Origin: Tubiluchus corallicola
Taxonomy: Eukaryota; Animalia; Priapulida
DNA length: 64,000 nucleotides
Direction of reading: 5' to 3'
Assembly: GCA_030141605.1 (NCBI GenBank)
Contig: JAQGDQ010000071.1
Coordinates: 351,605-415,604 of the forward strand
The notes beneath the pieces were generated by a model. The model worked only from the letters and a program-made list of their open reading frames with translations, ran no database searches and had not been told where the DNA came from. The translations under genes were made by a program, and so were the position numbers. Position 1 is the stretch's first letter. Every line of letters begins with the position of its first letter. Below are positions 17,801-41,800 of the stretch, piece after piece.

Positions 17801-20714
17801 GTTGTGTTACGTAAAACAAATTTTTCGTCATCATGTAGGATATGGTCTGGTTGTAGTTGTCGTGAGTCATACATTATGAATCGAAGTGTGAGAAGTAGGG
17901 TGCATGGATTTTGGCAGTGGAAGCCAATAGTTTCCGCCATTACGTGTGGTCAGTTAACCTGTACAATTAGCTAGACTCTAACTGTTCAATACCTCAGACA
18001 GACAAGACTCCAGCCTGAGTCAGACCCATATCTAGAACAGCAAGAGGCTGACCCAGTCCGATAAGTAGATCAAACCTAGACTGTGAAAAATCTAACCACG
18101 ACTACAGCCAACCTTATACTAGCCTGTTATATGATGCATCATTAAATAAGATTATATAATGATTGTTTCATAATCACGCAACAATTACTGCAATCTAACT
18201 TTTTCATAATGACGCAAAACTTGTTACACAAAGTAGCATTTTTCTTATATTATGTTACGTGTAGTGAAAAGAGTGTTGTCGTTAGTGTGCTAACCAAGGA
18301 TATTGATGCACAAATACGTGTAATATTATAGCTAATTCTATGCAACGTCATTGCTTATGTTCACTGTGAAGCTAGAATTAAATTTTTTTATTTCATTTAC
18401 AAGCGGAGCAAGTAAGGTTGACTCTGCCATGCTCAGAGATGCAGGATTGGAAAATTGCGAGCCGGATCCGGCCAGTTATAACTGTGACCCGGATGCTAGA
18501 TTTCCTACATTTGACGGTTCGTGTAACAATCTCGAACATCCAGACTGGGGCGCTGTCGGATCACACCTAGTCAGGTCTCAGGATGCTAACTACTGTGATG
18601 GAGGTGTGTAGAGCACTCACTTTATTATATGTCTTCTTCGTTTATTGTTAAAAAAATATTCGCAGGCTTCTCATTTTTGTTTAATGTTAATGTTATTCTA
18701 AGCGAACCTTAAGGATCGGGCGTTTGAACATGAGTTTGAAAAATGAAAAAAATTCTATATAAAATTAGGGTCTTAACCACCAATCTGCCAGTGAGTAGTC
18801 ATCATTTGTACAAGTTTTTATGAGTCATTTATTTCAAATGGAATGGTCCCAATTTGCTGGAATTGTTTCAACGTTGTAATTATTTAGCACGAGAGTGACT
18901 ATCCAAAACACATGAAAAATAGATTCAATACTACGGTTTTATGTATTTATTTTAGTCGCCTTCCTTGAAGCAATTCCAAAGGATCTAATAGCTAAACTTC
19001 GGAGTGTTATGTGTTAAGCCAGTAGTCAAGTAGTAGGTTAATCATAAAGTTAGCTGGCCACAGCTCCAGAATAAGCCAGCGAAGCCTGTTTTGTAATCTG
19101 TTCGTGATTTTTGAACCTGTAATTAACCGATAATTTACTAGCCTGGTGATATAAGTTACATGTTTTCTTTGAAACTTTCATTGGATTTTAAGGGTACTCT
19201 GTAGCCTATAACTGCTTTATGTACAAGCATGGTTCTTCGAAAATCAATATAATTTGCTGTAGGGATAATATTACCCTACTTTAACTGATTTGCAGGCGAT
19301 ATAGGTATGGTGGCTGCTAAAATGATTTTTGCTGTTCTTTCTTGAAGACAAGTTATATCATTAAATGCTGCTTATTCCTACAGTTCCCCTTTGTGTATAA
19401 CAGTAACTCAAATGTGGCTGTACAATTGAATTGTATAATTGAATGCAAACTAATATAAGATCTAGTTCTTCTCAGCACGCCAATCTTTTGTGTAATTTAG
19501 TAATTTTGTTAAATCCTGGCGCAACGCTAGGTGTTGATCAGTTGCGACACCAAGAAGTTTTCTGCGTTTGTACTTCTTCTATGGTTTCATCGGTTGCATT
19601 TTCAATAACGATATCTTTGTTCTTCTTGTTGCTGCATGCAAATTTTTGCGCTCTACACATTATCATACTTTTGATTTTGCTAATATTTAATTTCGTCTTG
19701 TTATGGCTCGTCCATTTACTAATGTTTTTGGTGTCGGATTGTAGTTTTTATTCGACAATTTTCAAGTCTGCATTACCCGCATGCATTTCTGTTGAACATG
19801 CTTTTAAACTATTTGGCAAGTCGTTTATCTGTAGCAGGAAAATTGTAGGCCCAGCATAGATCCTTGTGGTATACCAGTTTTGATAATTTTAATTGTTCAG
19901 AATCTTGTCTTATAAAGTTGGACGCACTGGGATCTATTCGACAAATAGGGGCGGAACCAATTTAAGGCTGTCCTCCGTATGCCATAACATTTTAGTTTTC
20001 TTGTTACAATCTCATGATCAAGGATATCAAACGCTTCCTTTAGGTCTAAGCAGAGAACACCTGTAAATCTTCTGTCATCTATATTATTCAGCATTTTACC
20101 TGTGAGTGATATCAGTGCAGTTTCACAGTTAAGGTTTTCTCTAAAGCCAGACTGGTTTTCTGTTAAAAGACGGTGTGTTCAATATAACTGATTAAGCTAA
20201 ACTGCAACTAATCTTTCTTACCGTATCTAATACCTCACTTACAATAGGAAGGATGGAAATTGGGAGTAATTTTTAAGATCGTCCCGGTCATCAATTTTGT
20301 GCACGCCTCCGTTTTTAGTCACCAACAAAAAAGTTATTTCAAAACTGTAAAGTATTATTGATAACTTTATTTAGTTATAGTGAACGTAGCCTTTTCAACT
20401 TTTCCTTGACCTATTTGTTGTTCACTACTAACAAAAAGTCTTATCACTTTCTTGTTCAAACGTCAGGACAGTTTAACCTATTAAAATCGCGTACGTGAGA
20501 ATTTTATCTACAATTTTTCTTATAGAGGGTTCCCTCCGATGTTCCGTCAATGGTGGAGATTTGCCAAACGCAAGATCGATTAGCACCATTATTCACGAAT
20601 CACTGATGACCCCAGAGTTTGAGACAAGCGCGACACTGATGCTGATGCAATGGGGACAATTCTTAGATCACGATATTGTTTTAACTCCGTCAACGCAATT
20701 GCCATTTGATGTAG
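14898..20714 (+). CDS. Secreted animal heme peroxidase (peroxinectin/chorion-peroxidase-like), 5' part only; exons 14898-14911, 16340-16482, 17364-17472, 18404-18603, 20526-20714
   Basis: Phase-consistent exons give a signal peptide (VLVVLVLCVITCSA), RFPTFDGSCNNLEHPDWG, LPNARSIS and the distal heme motif QWGQFLDHDI. No later peroxidase exons found downstream. Confidence 0.9.
19200..20310 (-). mobile_element. Decayed CR1/L2-type LINE RT fragment in a peroxidase intron (bounds approximate)
   Basis: GVLCLDLKEAFDILDHEIVTRKLKCYGIRRTALNWFRPYLSNRSQCV; upstream frameshifted PISILPIVS and NQSGFRENLNCETALI. Confidence 0.8.
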
Positions 20715-21811
20715 GTAAGTGTGACGACCTTAAATGTTCGTATGTCCATGCGACTGTATGCCTGCAATTTGCAGTACAACATATGTCCACGAGGAGGAGG
20801 AGTGGCCGAAGTTGAGCAATATCTAGATTGGACAGTGAAAGATAGATAAACGCCGGGGCGGGGGGTCATTATTATGCCCCATTGCAAACGTTAATAAAAC
20901 ACTACTGCTGGTTTCGAAGATTTTCCTTGTTAATGAGCTAGGTTCCCGTCACGCCACAACGATCAACATTAAATAGATCCTGCCGTAGAGTGTCGAATTC
21001 TGGTTTGCCAAATCATGATTGGTCGATTGGTGCATACCAAATTGTATTAAAGAAATTTTCGTACATGTTGGTAGTGAAGGAACGGGGAACAAGCACCGTT
21101 TGGTTGAGAAAAAAGCAAATTTCATTTGGGACTTATTAGTAATAAATTGTTTCCGATAGTCAGTATGTTGCCCCCACTCCAAATAAATAAAGAAAATCCG
21201 CGAAAACCCCTAAAAAAGTGTGAAAACCCGTGTGAAAGTGCGCACGTGACCGAAATCGACGAAAAAGCGCGAAAAACAAAGAAAAACGAAGAAAAGGCGT
21301 GTGAAACGAGGTAAAAATTTTGCAGTTTTTCCCTCCCGCATGGCTTCATTTGGATCGAATGACCTTGAACTCTATAGGTCACGACCAAAGTTCATTGACC
21401 CCTGTCTCTGGATGGCTTCTTTTTTTGACACCCCATTTTAAACCGCGCAAAACCGCGGAAAAAAGGAAAGTGTGTGAAAGCGCATGAAAGCGTGTGAAAG
21501 CGTGTGAAAGCGTGTGAAAGTGTGTGAAACGAGGTGAAAAAGTGCCTCAAACGAAGAAAAGGAGAAGTGGAGTTCCCGCTCGAGTGACTAATTAGTGCTA
21601 ATTGGCGCTAATTGGCGAGCCCCCGCCACCCCTCCGGCCGCGTGCAAACGTCCGTCCCGGGTCGGGGACACCCCCCTGCAACCCACCCTCCGTCACGTGG
21701 AATCGTCCATTGCAGGCAATGAGGGAAATCTTCCCCCCCCACTCGGGTGCAGTGCCGGCCCTTTCATGACCACCGGGTGCCCCTTCGCGACCACTTCTCT
21801 CGCGGGTTTAG

Positions 21812-21851
<40 letters not shown>

Positions 21852-22049
21852 AGATTTATTTCAAACGCCAAAGTTCGATAAATGCATTTTCACAAATCTT
21901 TTTTATTGATGGATTACAAAAAATTTTTTTACATTTTTTATGCAAAATACATACGTGCTAAAACTAGATTATTATTATTATGGTGACGTGATAGTTCTAC
22001 ATTTTACGTTTTTTCGCAAATTACACAAATTACGCAAATTACAGTAAAA

Positions 22050-22640
22050 CTACACTAATGACGACGAGTGAGTACATGGATTGTCGTCGTCGTCGTCGAT
22101 GTGATACAGACAAACGTTATTGTTGTTAAAAACGAATTCGTTAAATTTGCGGAAAACGCGAGAGAAATCCTCGACCTTTGTCCCGCCCATCATTATTATG
22201 CTTCCGGTGTGAAAAATGTTCAGAGTAATTTGCTCGCATTTGCAAGTTAGTTTGGGAAATAGTTCCACTTCGTAAAACACTTCTCTAAATGAATGCGTCG
22301 AAGGACGAACGAGTTCTTCGTACAGTGCACCCAGTTTCAATCTGCAGCGAATTTTGGCTCTGGCGGTGATGGTGCGAAGTGCGATCCCGTCGGCGGGCGT
22401 CAGTCCGAGACCTTTCGAGAGTTCTTCGATCGCATTGCGTAGTACTTTTTCCTCCGAAAAACCGTTGGCCACCACGGAGCCGGAGGCAAAAATCATCAGC
22501 GTCCCGCCCAGTCGCTTTAGCAGAACCATTTGCGGTTTTCTTTCGTAGCGTCTTCCGCCCGTTCTCCGCCGGAGTTCGTTCAGATCGAAGCGCTGCGAGA
22601 ACGAAGCCGTGGCGACGATGTTGACCGTTTGGACTGACAC
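22050..22640 (-). CDS. Divergent TBP-like protein, left-arm copy (domain starts at GTG 22640; frame open to 23051)
   Basis: Two TBP repeats: VNIVATASFSQRFDLNEL...LMIFASGSVVANG and LRTITARAKIRCRLKL...FYEVELFPKL...LNIFHTGSIIMMGGTKVED. Intronless. Confidence 0.85.
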   Translation of the reverse strand: MSVQTVNIVATASFSQRFDLNELRRRTGGRRYERKPQMVLLKRLGGTLMIFASGSVVANGFSEEKVLRNAIEELSKGLGLTPADGIALRTITARAKIRCRLKLGALYEELVRPSTHSFREVFYEVELFPKLTCKCEQITLNIFHTGSIIMMGGTKVEDFSRVFRKFNEFVFNNNNVCLYHIDDDDDNPCTHSSSLV

Positions 22641-23092
22641 GTTAGAACGTAGTTGGCAATCGTTTCGGACGCCCGAACCGCTCTGCCTCGTCCGTTGCTC
22701 TGCCAACGTATGGCGGGCGGCGGGTGCTCGCTTTCCAGATCCTCTACGCGTATGACCACGCGATTTTTGGGGAGATGTTTTTTGACGAAATTGTACATCT
22801 CTGCTCCCTTGACGTAGGTGATCCTGCCTCTGGTGGTCTGTCGTAGAATGTTTTCCAATTCTGCGTACTCGATCATTCCCTCCTCCCACGAGATGCCGTG
22901 TATGTGTCTGATTAGGTAGTTGTAGGTGGATCGCTTGTGCTGGGGAACACGATTCCAGGGGTGGGGCGGTTTGAAGGTGTAGTTGTGATATATGCCGGTC
23001 TCTATTTCGCGAATTACCAAATTTTTGACCAGGTATTCTTCTTTTCCGCACTGGAAGGCATCTACGGTGAGAACTATGCTCGATTCAGACAT
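22580..23092 (-). CDS. DEDD/DnaQ-exonuclease-like protein of the type seen in invertebrate virus/Maverick-like insertions, 170 aa, left copy
   Basis: IVLTVDAFQ...YLVKNLVI...HNYTFKPPHPW...YLIRHIHGISWEEG...YVKG...VEDL motif order; family assignment is from memory. Confidence 0.6.
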   Translation of the reverse strand: MSESSIVLTVDAFQCGKEEYLVKNLVIREIETGIYHNYTFKPPHPWNRVPQHKRSTYNYLIRHIHGISWEEGMIEYAELENILRQTTRGRITYVKGAEMYNFVKKHLPKNRVVIRVEDLESEHPPPAIRWQSNGRGRAVRASETIANYVLTCQSKRSTSSPRLRSRSASI

Positions 23093-23315
23093 CTGTGACG
23101 ATGGGGGGTCCTTCTACGCCGTCGGCAACGAGTTTTCCTTCGATGACGATTTGCTTGTGATTGTTCACAAATTCCAGAGACTTGATTTTTTCGAAGGTGT
23201 ATTTTTTTATGACCTTGTTGGGGGCACTCTTGCGTGCGTTGGCGCGCTTGCCGCCCCGCGTCCCCGCTTGTTGTTGTTGCTTGCGAGGAACGGTGGTTAG
23301 AGGTTGTTTGAAATC
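23085..23315 (-). CDS. Small basic ORF/exon (DFKQPLTTVPRKQQQQ...GPPIVTDV*), unknown function
   Basis: Strong acceptor TTCTTCTTCTCTTGCAG ends at 23316; its stop overlaps the exonuclease start (ATGTCTGA). The right arm holds only a 5'-truncated copy (23625-23831). Confidence 0.45.
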   Translation of the reverse strand, partial: DFKQPLTTVPRKQQQQAGTRGGKRANARKSAPNKVIKKYTFEKIKSLEFVNNHKQIVIEGKLVADGVEGPPIVTDV

Positions 23316-23366
23316 CTGCAAGAGAAGAAGAACAATAGTTATAGTATTGTTGTTCGCTAACGACAA

Positions 23367-23534
23367 CTAGGCATTTTTGATGAGCCATTCTTTCAGATTT
23401 CTAGGTTTTTTGGGGGCAGTGGGGGTGAGCACCATCGGCGGCGATGGAGGGGGCGTCGCGGAAATTACGAGTTTGTCTTCTTCTTTATCATCATCTTTCT
23501 CCTCTTCCTCCTCCTCCTCTCGAAAGATGTCCAT
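23367..23534 (-). CDS. Acidic/Pro-rich small ORF in the palindrome spacer (55 aa from ATG; frame open to the arm junction)
   Basis: MDIFREEEEEEEKDDDKEEDKLVISATPPPSPPMVLTPTAPKKPRNLKEWLIKNA*; co-oriented with the left-arm ORFs. Confidence 0.4.
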   Translation of the reverse strand: MDIFREEEEEEEKDDDKEEDKLVISATPPPSPPMVLTPTAPKKPRNLKEWLIKNA

Positions 23535-23823
23535 TCGTGTCCCTCTCTCGCGTCTGCTTTTACACGGAGGGGCGGAGGTGCCGACGTCCGTGTCTGGCAG
23601 ACTTCTTTCCGTCCAGTTTGTCCAGTTCCTCGCAAGCAACAACAACAAGCGGGGACGCGGGGCGGCAAGCGCGCCAACGCACGCAAGAGTGCCCCCAACA
23701 AGGTCATAAAAAAATACACCTTCGAAAAAATCAAGTCTCTGGAATTTGTGAACAATCACAAGCAAATCGTCATCGAAGGAAAACTCGTTGCCGACGGCGT
23801 AGAAGGACCCCCCATCGTCACAG

Positions 23824-24336
23824 ATGTCTGAATCGAGCATAGTTCTCACCGTAGATGCCTTCCAGTGCGGAAAAGAAGAATACCTGGTCAAAAATTTGGT
23901 AATTCGCGAAATAGAGACCGGCATATATCACAACTACACCTTCAAACCGCCCCACCCCTGGAATCGTGTTCCCCAGCACAAGCGATCCACCTACAACTAC
24001 CTAATCAGACACATACACGGCATCTCGTGGGAGGAGGGAATGATCGAGTACGCAGAATTGGAAAACATTCTACGACAGACCACCAGAGGCAGGATCACCT
24101 ACGTCAAGGGAGCAGAGATGTACGATTTCGTCAAAAAACATCTCCCCAAAAATCGCGTGGTCATACGCGTAGAGGATCTGGAAAGCGACCACCCGCCGCC
24201 CGCCATACGTTGGCAGAGCAACGGACGAGGCAGAGCGGTTCGGGCGTCCGAAACGATTGCCAACTATGTTCTAACGTGTCAGTCCAAACGGTCAACATCG
24301 TCGCCACGGCTTCGTTCTCGCAGCGCTTCGATCTGA
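23824..24336 (+). CDS. DEDD/DnaQ-exonuclease-like protein, right-arm copy, 170 aa
   Basis: Inverted duplicate of 22580-23092 with two amino-acid differences (YN/YD, ESE/ESD). Confidence 0.6.
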   Translation: MSESSIVLTVDAFQCGKEEYLVKNLVIREIETGIYHNYTFKPPHPWNRVPQHKRSTYNYLIRHIHGISWEEGMIEYAELENILRQTTRGRITYVKGAEMYDFVKKHLPKNRVVIRVEDLESDHPPPAIRWQSNGRGRAVRASETIANYVLTCQSKRSTSSPRLRSRSASI

Positions 24337-24866
24337 ACGAACTCCGGCGGAGAACGGGCGGAAGACGCTACGAAAGAAAACCGCAAATGCTTCTGCTAAA
24401 GCGACTGGGCGGGACGCTGATGATTTTTGCCTCCGGCTCCGTGGTGGCCAACGGTTTTTCGGAGGAAAAAGTACTACGCAATGCGATCGAAGAACTCTCG
24501 AAAGGTCTCGGACTGACGCCCGCCGACGGGATCGCAATTCGCACCATCACCGCCAGAGCCAAAATTCGCTGCAGATTGAAACTGGGTGCACTGTACGAAG
24601 AACTCGTTCGTCCTTCGACGCATTCTTTTAGAGAAGTGTTTTACGAAGTGGAACTATTTCCCAAACTAACTTGCAAATGCGAGCAAATTACTCTGAACAT
24701 TTTTCACACCGGAAGCATAATAATGATGGGCGGGACAAAGGTCGAGGATTTCTCTCACGTTTTCCGCAAATTTAACGAATTCGTTTTTAACAACAATAAC
24801 GTTTGTCTGTATCACATCGACGACGACGACGACAATCCATGTACTCGCTCGTCGTCATTAGTGTAG
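24276..24866 (+). CDS. Divergent TBP-like protein, right-arm copy (domain starts at GTG 24276; frame open from 23865)
   Basis: Same two TBP repeats (VNIVATA..IFASG; YEVELFP..IFHTG). AATAAA at 25015 and 25062 downstream. Confidence 0.85.
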   Translation: MSVQTVNIVATASFSQRFDLNELRRRTGGRRYERKPQMLLLKRLGGTLMIFASGSVVANGFSEEKVLRNAIEELSKGLGLTPADGIAIRTITARAKIRCRLKLGALYEELVRPSTHSFREVFYEVELFPKLTCKCEQITLNIFHTGSIIMMGGTKVEDFSHVFRKFNEFVFNNNNVCLYHIDDDDDNPCTRSSSLV

Positions 24867-26282
24867 TTTTACTGTAATTTGCATAATTTGTGTAATTTGC
24901 GAAAAAAACGTAAAATGTAGAACTATCACGTCACCATAATAATAATAATAATCTAGTTTTAGCACGTATGTATTTTGCATAAAAAAATGTAAAAAAAATT
25001 TTTTGTAATCCATCAATAAAAAAGATTTGTGAAAATGCATTTATCGAACTTTGGCGTTTGAAATAAATCTCCACACACACACACACACACACACATCTAA
25101 ACCCGCGAGAGAAGTGGTCGCGGAAAAGGGAGGGCACCCGAGAGAGAGAAGTGGTCGCGGAAAAGGGCCGGCACTGCGCGAGTGGGGGGGGGGAAGATTT
25201 CCCTCATTGCCTGCAATGGACGATTCCACGTGACGGAGGGGTGGGTTGCAGGGGGGGTGTCCCCGACCCCCGGGACGGACGTTTGCACGCGGCGGAGGGG
25301 TGGCAGGGGCTCGCCAATTAGCGCCAATTAGCACTAATTAGTCCTCGGCGGGAACTCCACTTCTCCCTTTTTCTTCGTTTGAGGCGCTTTTTACCTCGTT
25401 TCACACACTTTCACACGCTTTCGCGCACTTTCACACACTTTCACGCGCTTTCACACACTTTCACATGCTTTCGCGCGGTTTTGCGCGGTTTAAAATGGGG
25501 TGTCAAAAAAAGAAGCCATCCAGGGGTCAATGAACTTTGGTCACGTGACCTAGAGTTCAAGGTCATTCGATCCAAATGAAGCCATGCGGGAGGGAAAAAC
25601 TGCAAAATTTTTACCTCGTTTCACACGCCTTTTCTTCGTTTTTCTTTGTTTTTCGCGCTTTTTCGTCGATTTCGGTCACGTGCGCACTTTCACACGGGTT
25701 TTCACACTTTTTTAGGGGTTTTCGCGGATTTTCGCACTTTTTTAGGGGTGTTTTTCCCCACCCCCCCGGGCAGCCAAAGGGGGGGTGGGGAAATCGGCCA
25801 GAGGCAAAACATCTATACTACTGAGGCCGAAATACCTGGGAAAGTTAAAGTTGTCCAAAAGTCCTGTAAGACCTTCACGACCTGGTAGAACCAGTACTTG
25901 ACAATAATTATTGAAATTATCTCTTTTACTGCATTTGTCACAGACTGGCAATGTTTAAAGCATGTGACGCAAATTGTGGCCTTCAACTATAGGTGACAGT
26001 AGGAAATTGTAATAAAACCCATCGACCTGTTTTTGTGACTTGATTATAGCTTTTTAATATAAGGCTTAGTTCTAAAAATCCTAACGTTGATTGGGATAAT
26101 ATGTACAAAACATCCAGGTTACAGAATTCTTGAGATTCGAACACCAAACTATCACTGTCCGTTTGTTTTGGATTTTTTTTTGTAAAAAATAAACCAAAAC
26201 AGGTACACCAGGGGAAAGTAATTTTTGTTATTATAATGGTTATTCTCGCGGTGATTTCCAAATAGTTGTTTTCTTTTTATAG

Positions 26283-40385
<14,103 letters not shown>

Positions 40386-40599
40386 ACAGATTAATTTTTG
40401 ATGTAAACTGTCTGTGATGAGATATGTAAATAAATTTTATTGTTCAGTAAAACAGTAGCTTTTAATTGGCTTTTTTCCTTTTTAACTTATTGTTCAAACT
40501 AGCGATATTATAATCAATATTGCACATGCAAAAGCATTAAAAGAACCTTTCTAAGATGATTAGCACTATTGGCACTAATTGGGAACTCTTCGCTCTCCG

Positions 40600-41178
40600 T
40601 TTACTAAATGTAGTGTTCGGCTAACTTCGTTTATTTTTAGATACAAATTGTCTCAAACAAGGCCATTAGCTACTCAGGGAAAGAGTTACAATAGGAGTGG
40701 AAATATGAGTACATTTCCAGAACAAAAGTATTCTTGTAAGTTGAAAGGGAAACAATTTTATAGCAGGAGGTTTCACTGATAACTTGTGCATACACAGTCC
40801 ATTTGAAGAGTTCCACTATTACCTGGTATAGACTGGAAAGCGAAGTTGACAAAGCACGCAGAAAAATATTATCATTGGTAGAGCATTCCAAGCTAACGGA
40901 TATTCTTGAAAACTTTAGATTTCCTTGGAAATCAAATCTCACAGTTTTCCGTCATCTGCAGAAGCTGTATTCCTCATATCTGTATAACCTCAAAGGCCTG
41001 TCTCCAAGAGGTGGATCTCGTGGGACTCATCGATACTTATAGCCCCTTTTTGCCCTTCATTCCAATGCAGAAATCGAAGTTTTAACAATGAGGAGATCAT
41101 CCTTGTCAATGGCGGTTCCGATCTTTTAGAACTGGCGACCATTTCAAATACACTTGTGGGAAAATCACCAGTGTTATG

Positions 41179-41229
<51 letters not shown>

Positions 41230-41800
41230 ATGCGTGTGTCCAAAATCTTTCAACCAAGAGCTGTGTGTGTGCGTGCGTACGTGCGTGCGTGTGTATGTCC
41301 AAAATCTTTCAACCAAGAGCCGTTGAATTTAACAAAATTCACTAACTGGAATAGTCAATAGAGTGATATAATTCACAAGTACTGCTGAGATGAACTAATA
41401 GATCATGCGACTACAATACTGCAAAACTATCCGCTTGTTACAGAATAATTTTTTCGAAAGCTCACAATGACTTGGTCAAACCTAACATTAAAATTTCGTC
41501 TTCTGTCTGGATCCTCAGGACTTTTTCTTCTGTCTTTTTGAATTGTCTTTCACAAAGCCAGTTCAGTCAAATTCTGTAGATGTTTCATGAAATCGCGCGT
41601 TTGTGTTTGAAGCAACCCTTCCCTATTCAGAATATGCTGGCCGACAGTATGGCTTCAAACAGTTCCATAAGATCAGAGAGTTATTCAACGTGTTGGGTTT
41701 TGCAAGGTTACACGTGTATGATACAGATTTCTTGTGACGTATCAGCACGACGAATAGGCCACCAATACCAGGTAAGAATTAAACATTTTGTAAATTAATT
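40600..41800 (-). mobile_element. Strongly decayed LINE RT fragment interrupted by a (TG)/(TGCG) microsatellite (bounds approximate)
   Basis: Minus strand shows a degenerate GVPQGS-like segment (GAGTCCCACGAGATCCACCTCTTGG) followed by ..ADDGK.. Confidence 0.4.

Larger units (their letters stand above)
21192..25793. mobile_element. Palindromic virus-like/foldback element: inverted arms 21192-23291 and 23625-25733, 333-bp spacer, hairpin 25753-25793
   Basis: Arms are reverse complements (about 8 substitutions over ~1 kb of coding sequence, plus indels in non-coding parts). Abruptly GC/CpG-rich versus flanks, with compact overlapping ORFs. Confidence 0.9.

Noticed and set aside
23865-24275. N-terminal 137 aa of the 333-aa ORF as a real TBP extension
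   Set aside because: It begins at GTG, overlaps the exonuclease ORF and has Arg/Gln-rich shadow-frame composition.
21192-25733. Palindrome as a simple fold-back read artefact
   Set aside because: The arms differ by multiple substitutions, microsatellite length and block indels, and there is a unique 333-bp spacer. A self-primed artefact should be essentially identical. A mis-join of two real copies is not excluded.
25708-25750. TTTTAGGGG motifs as telomeric repeats
   Set aside because: Only two separated copies, not a tandem telomere tract.
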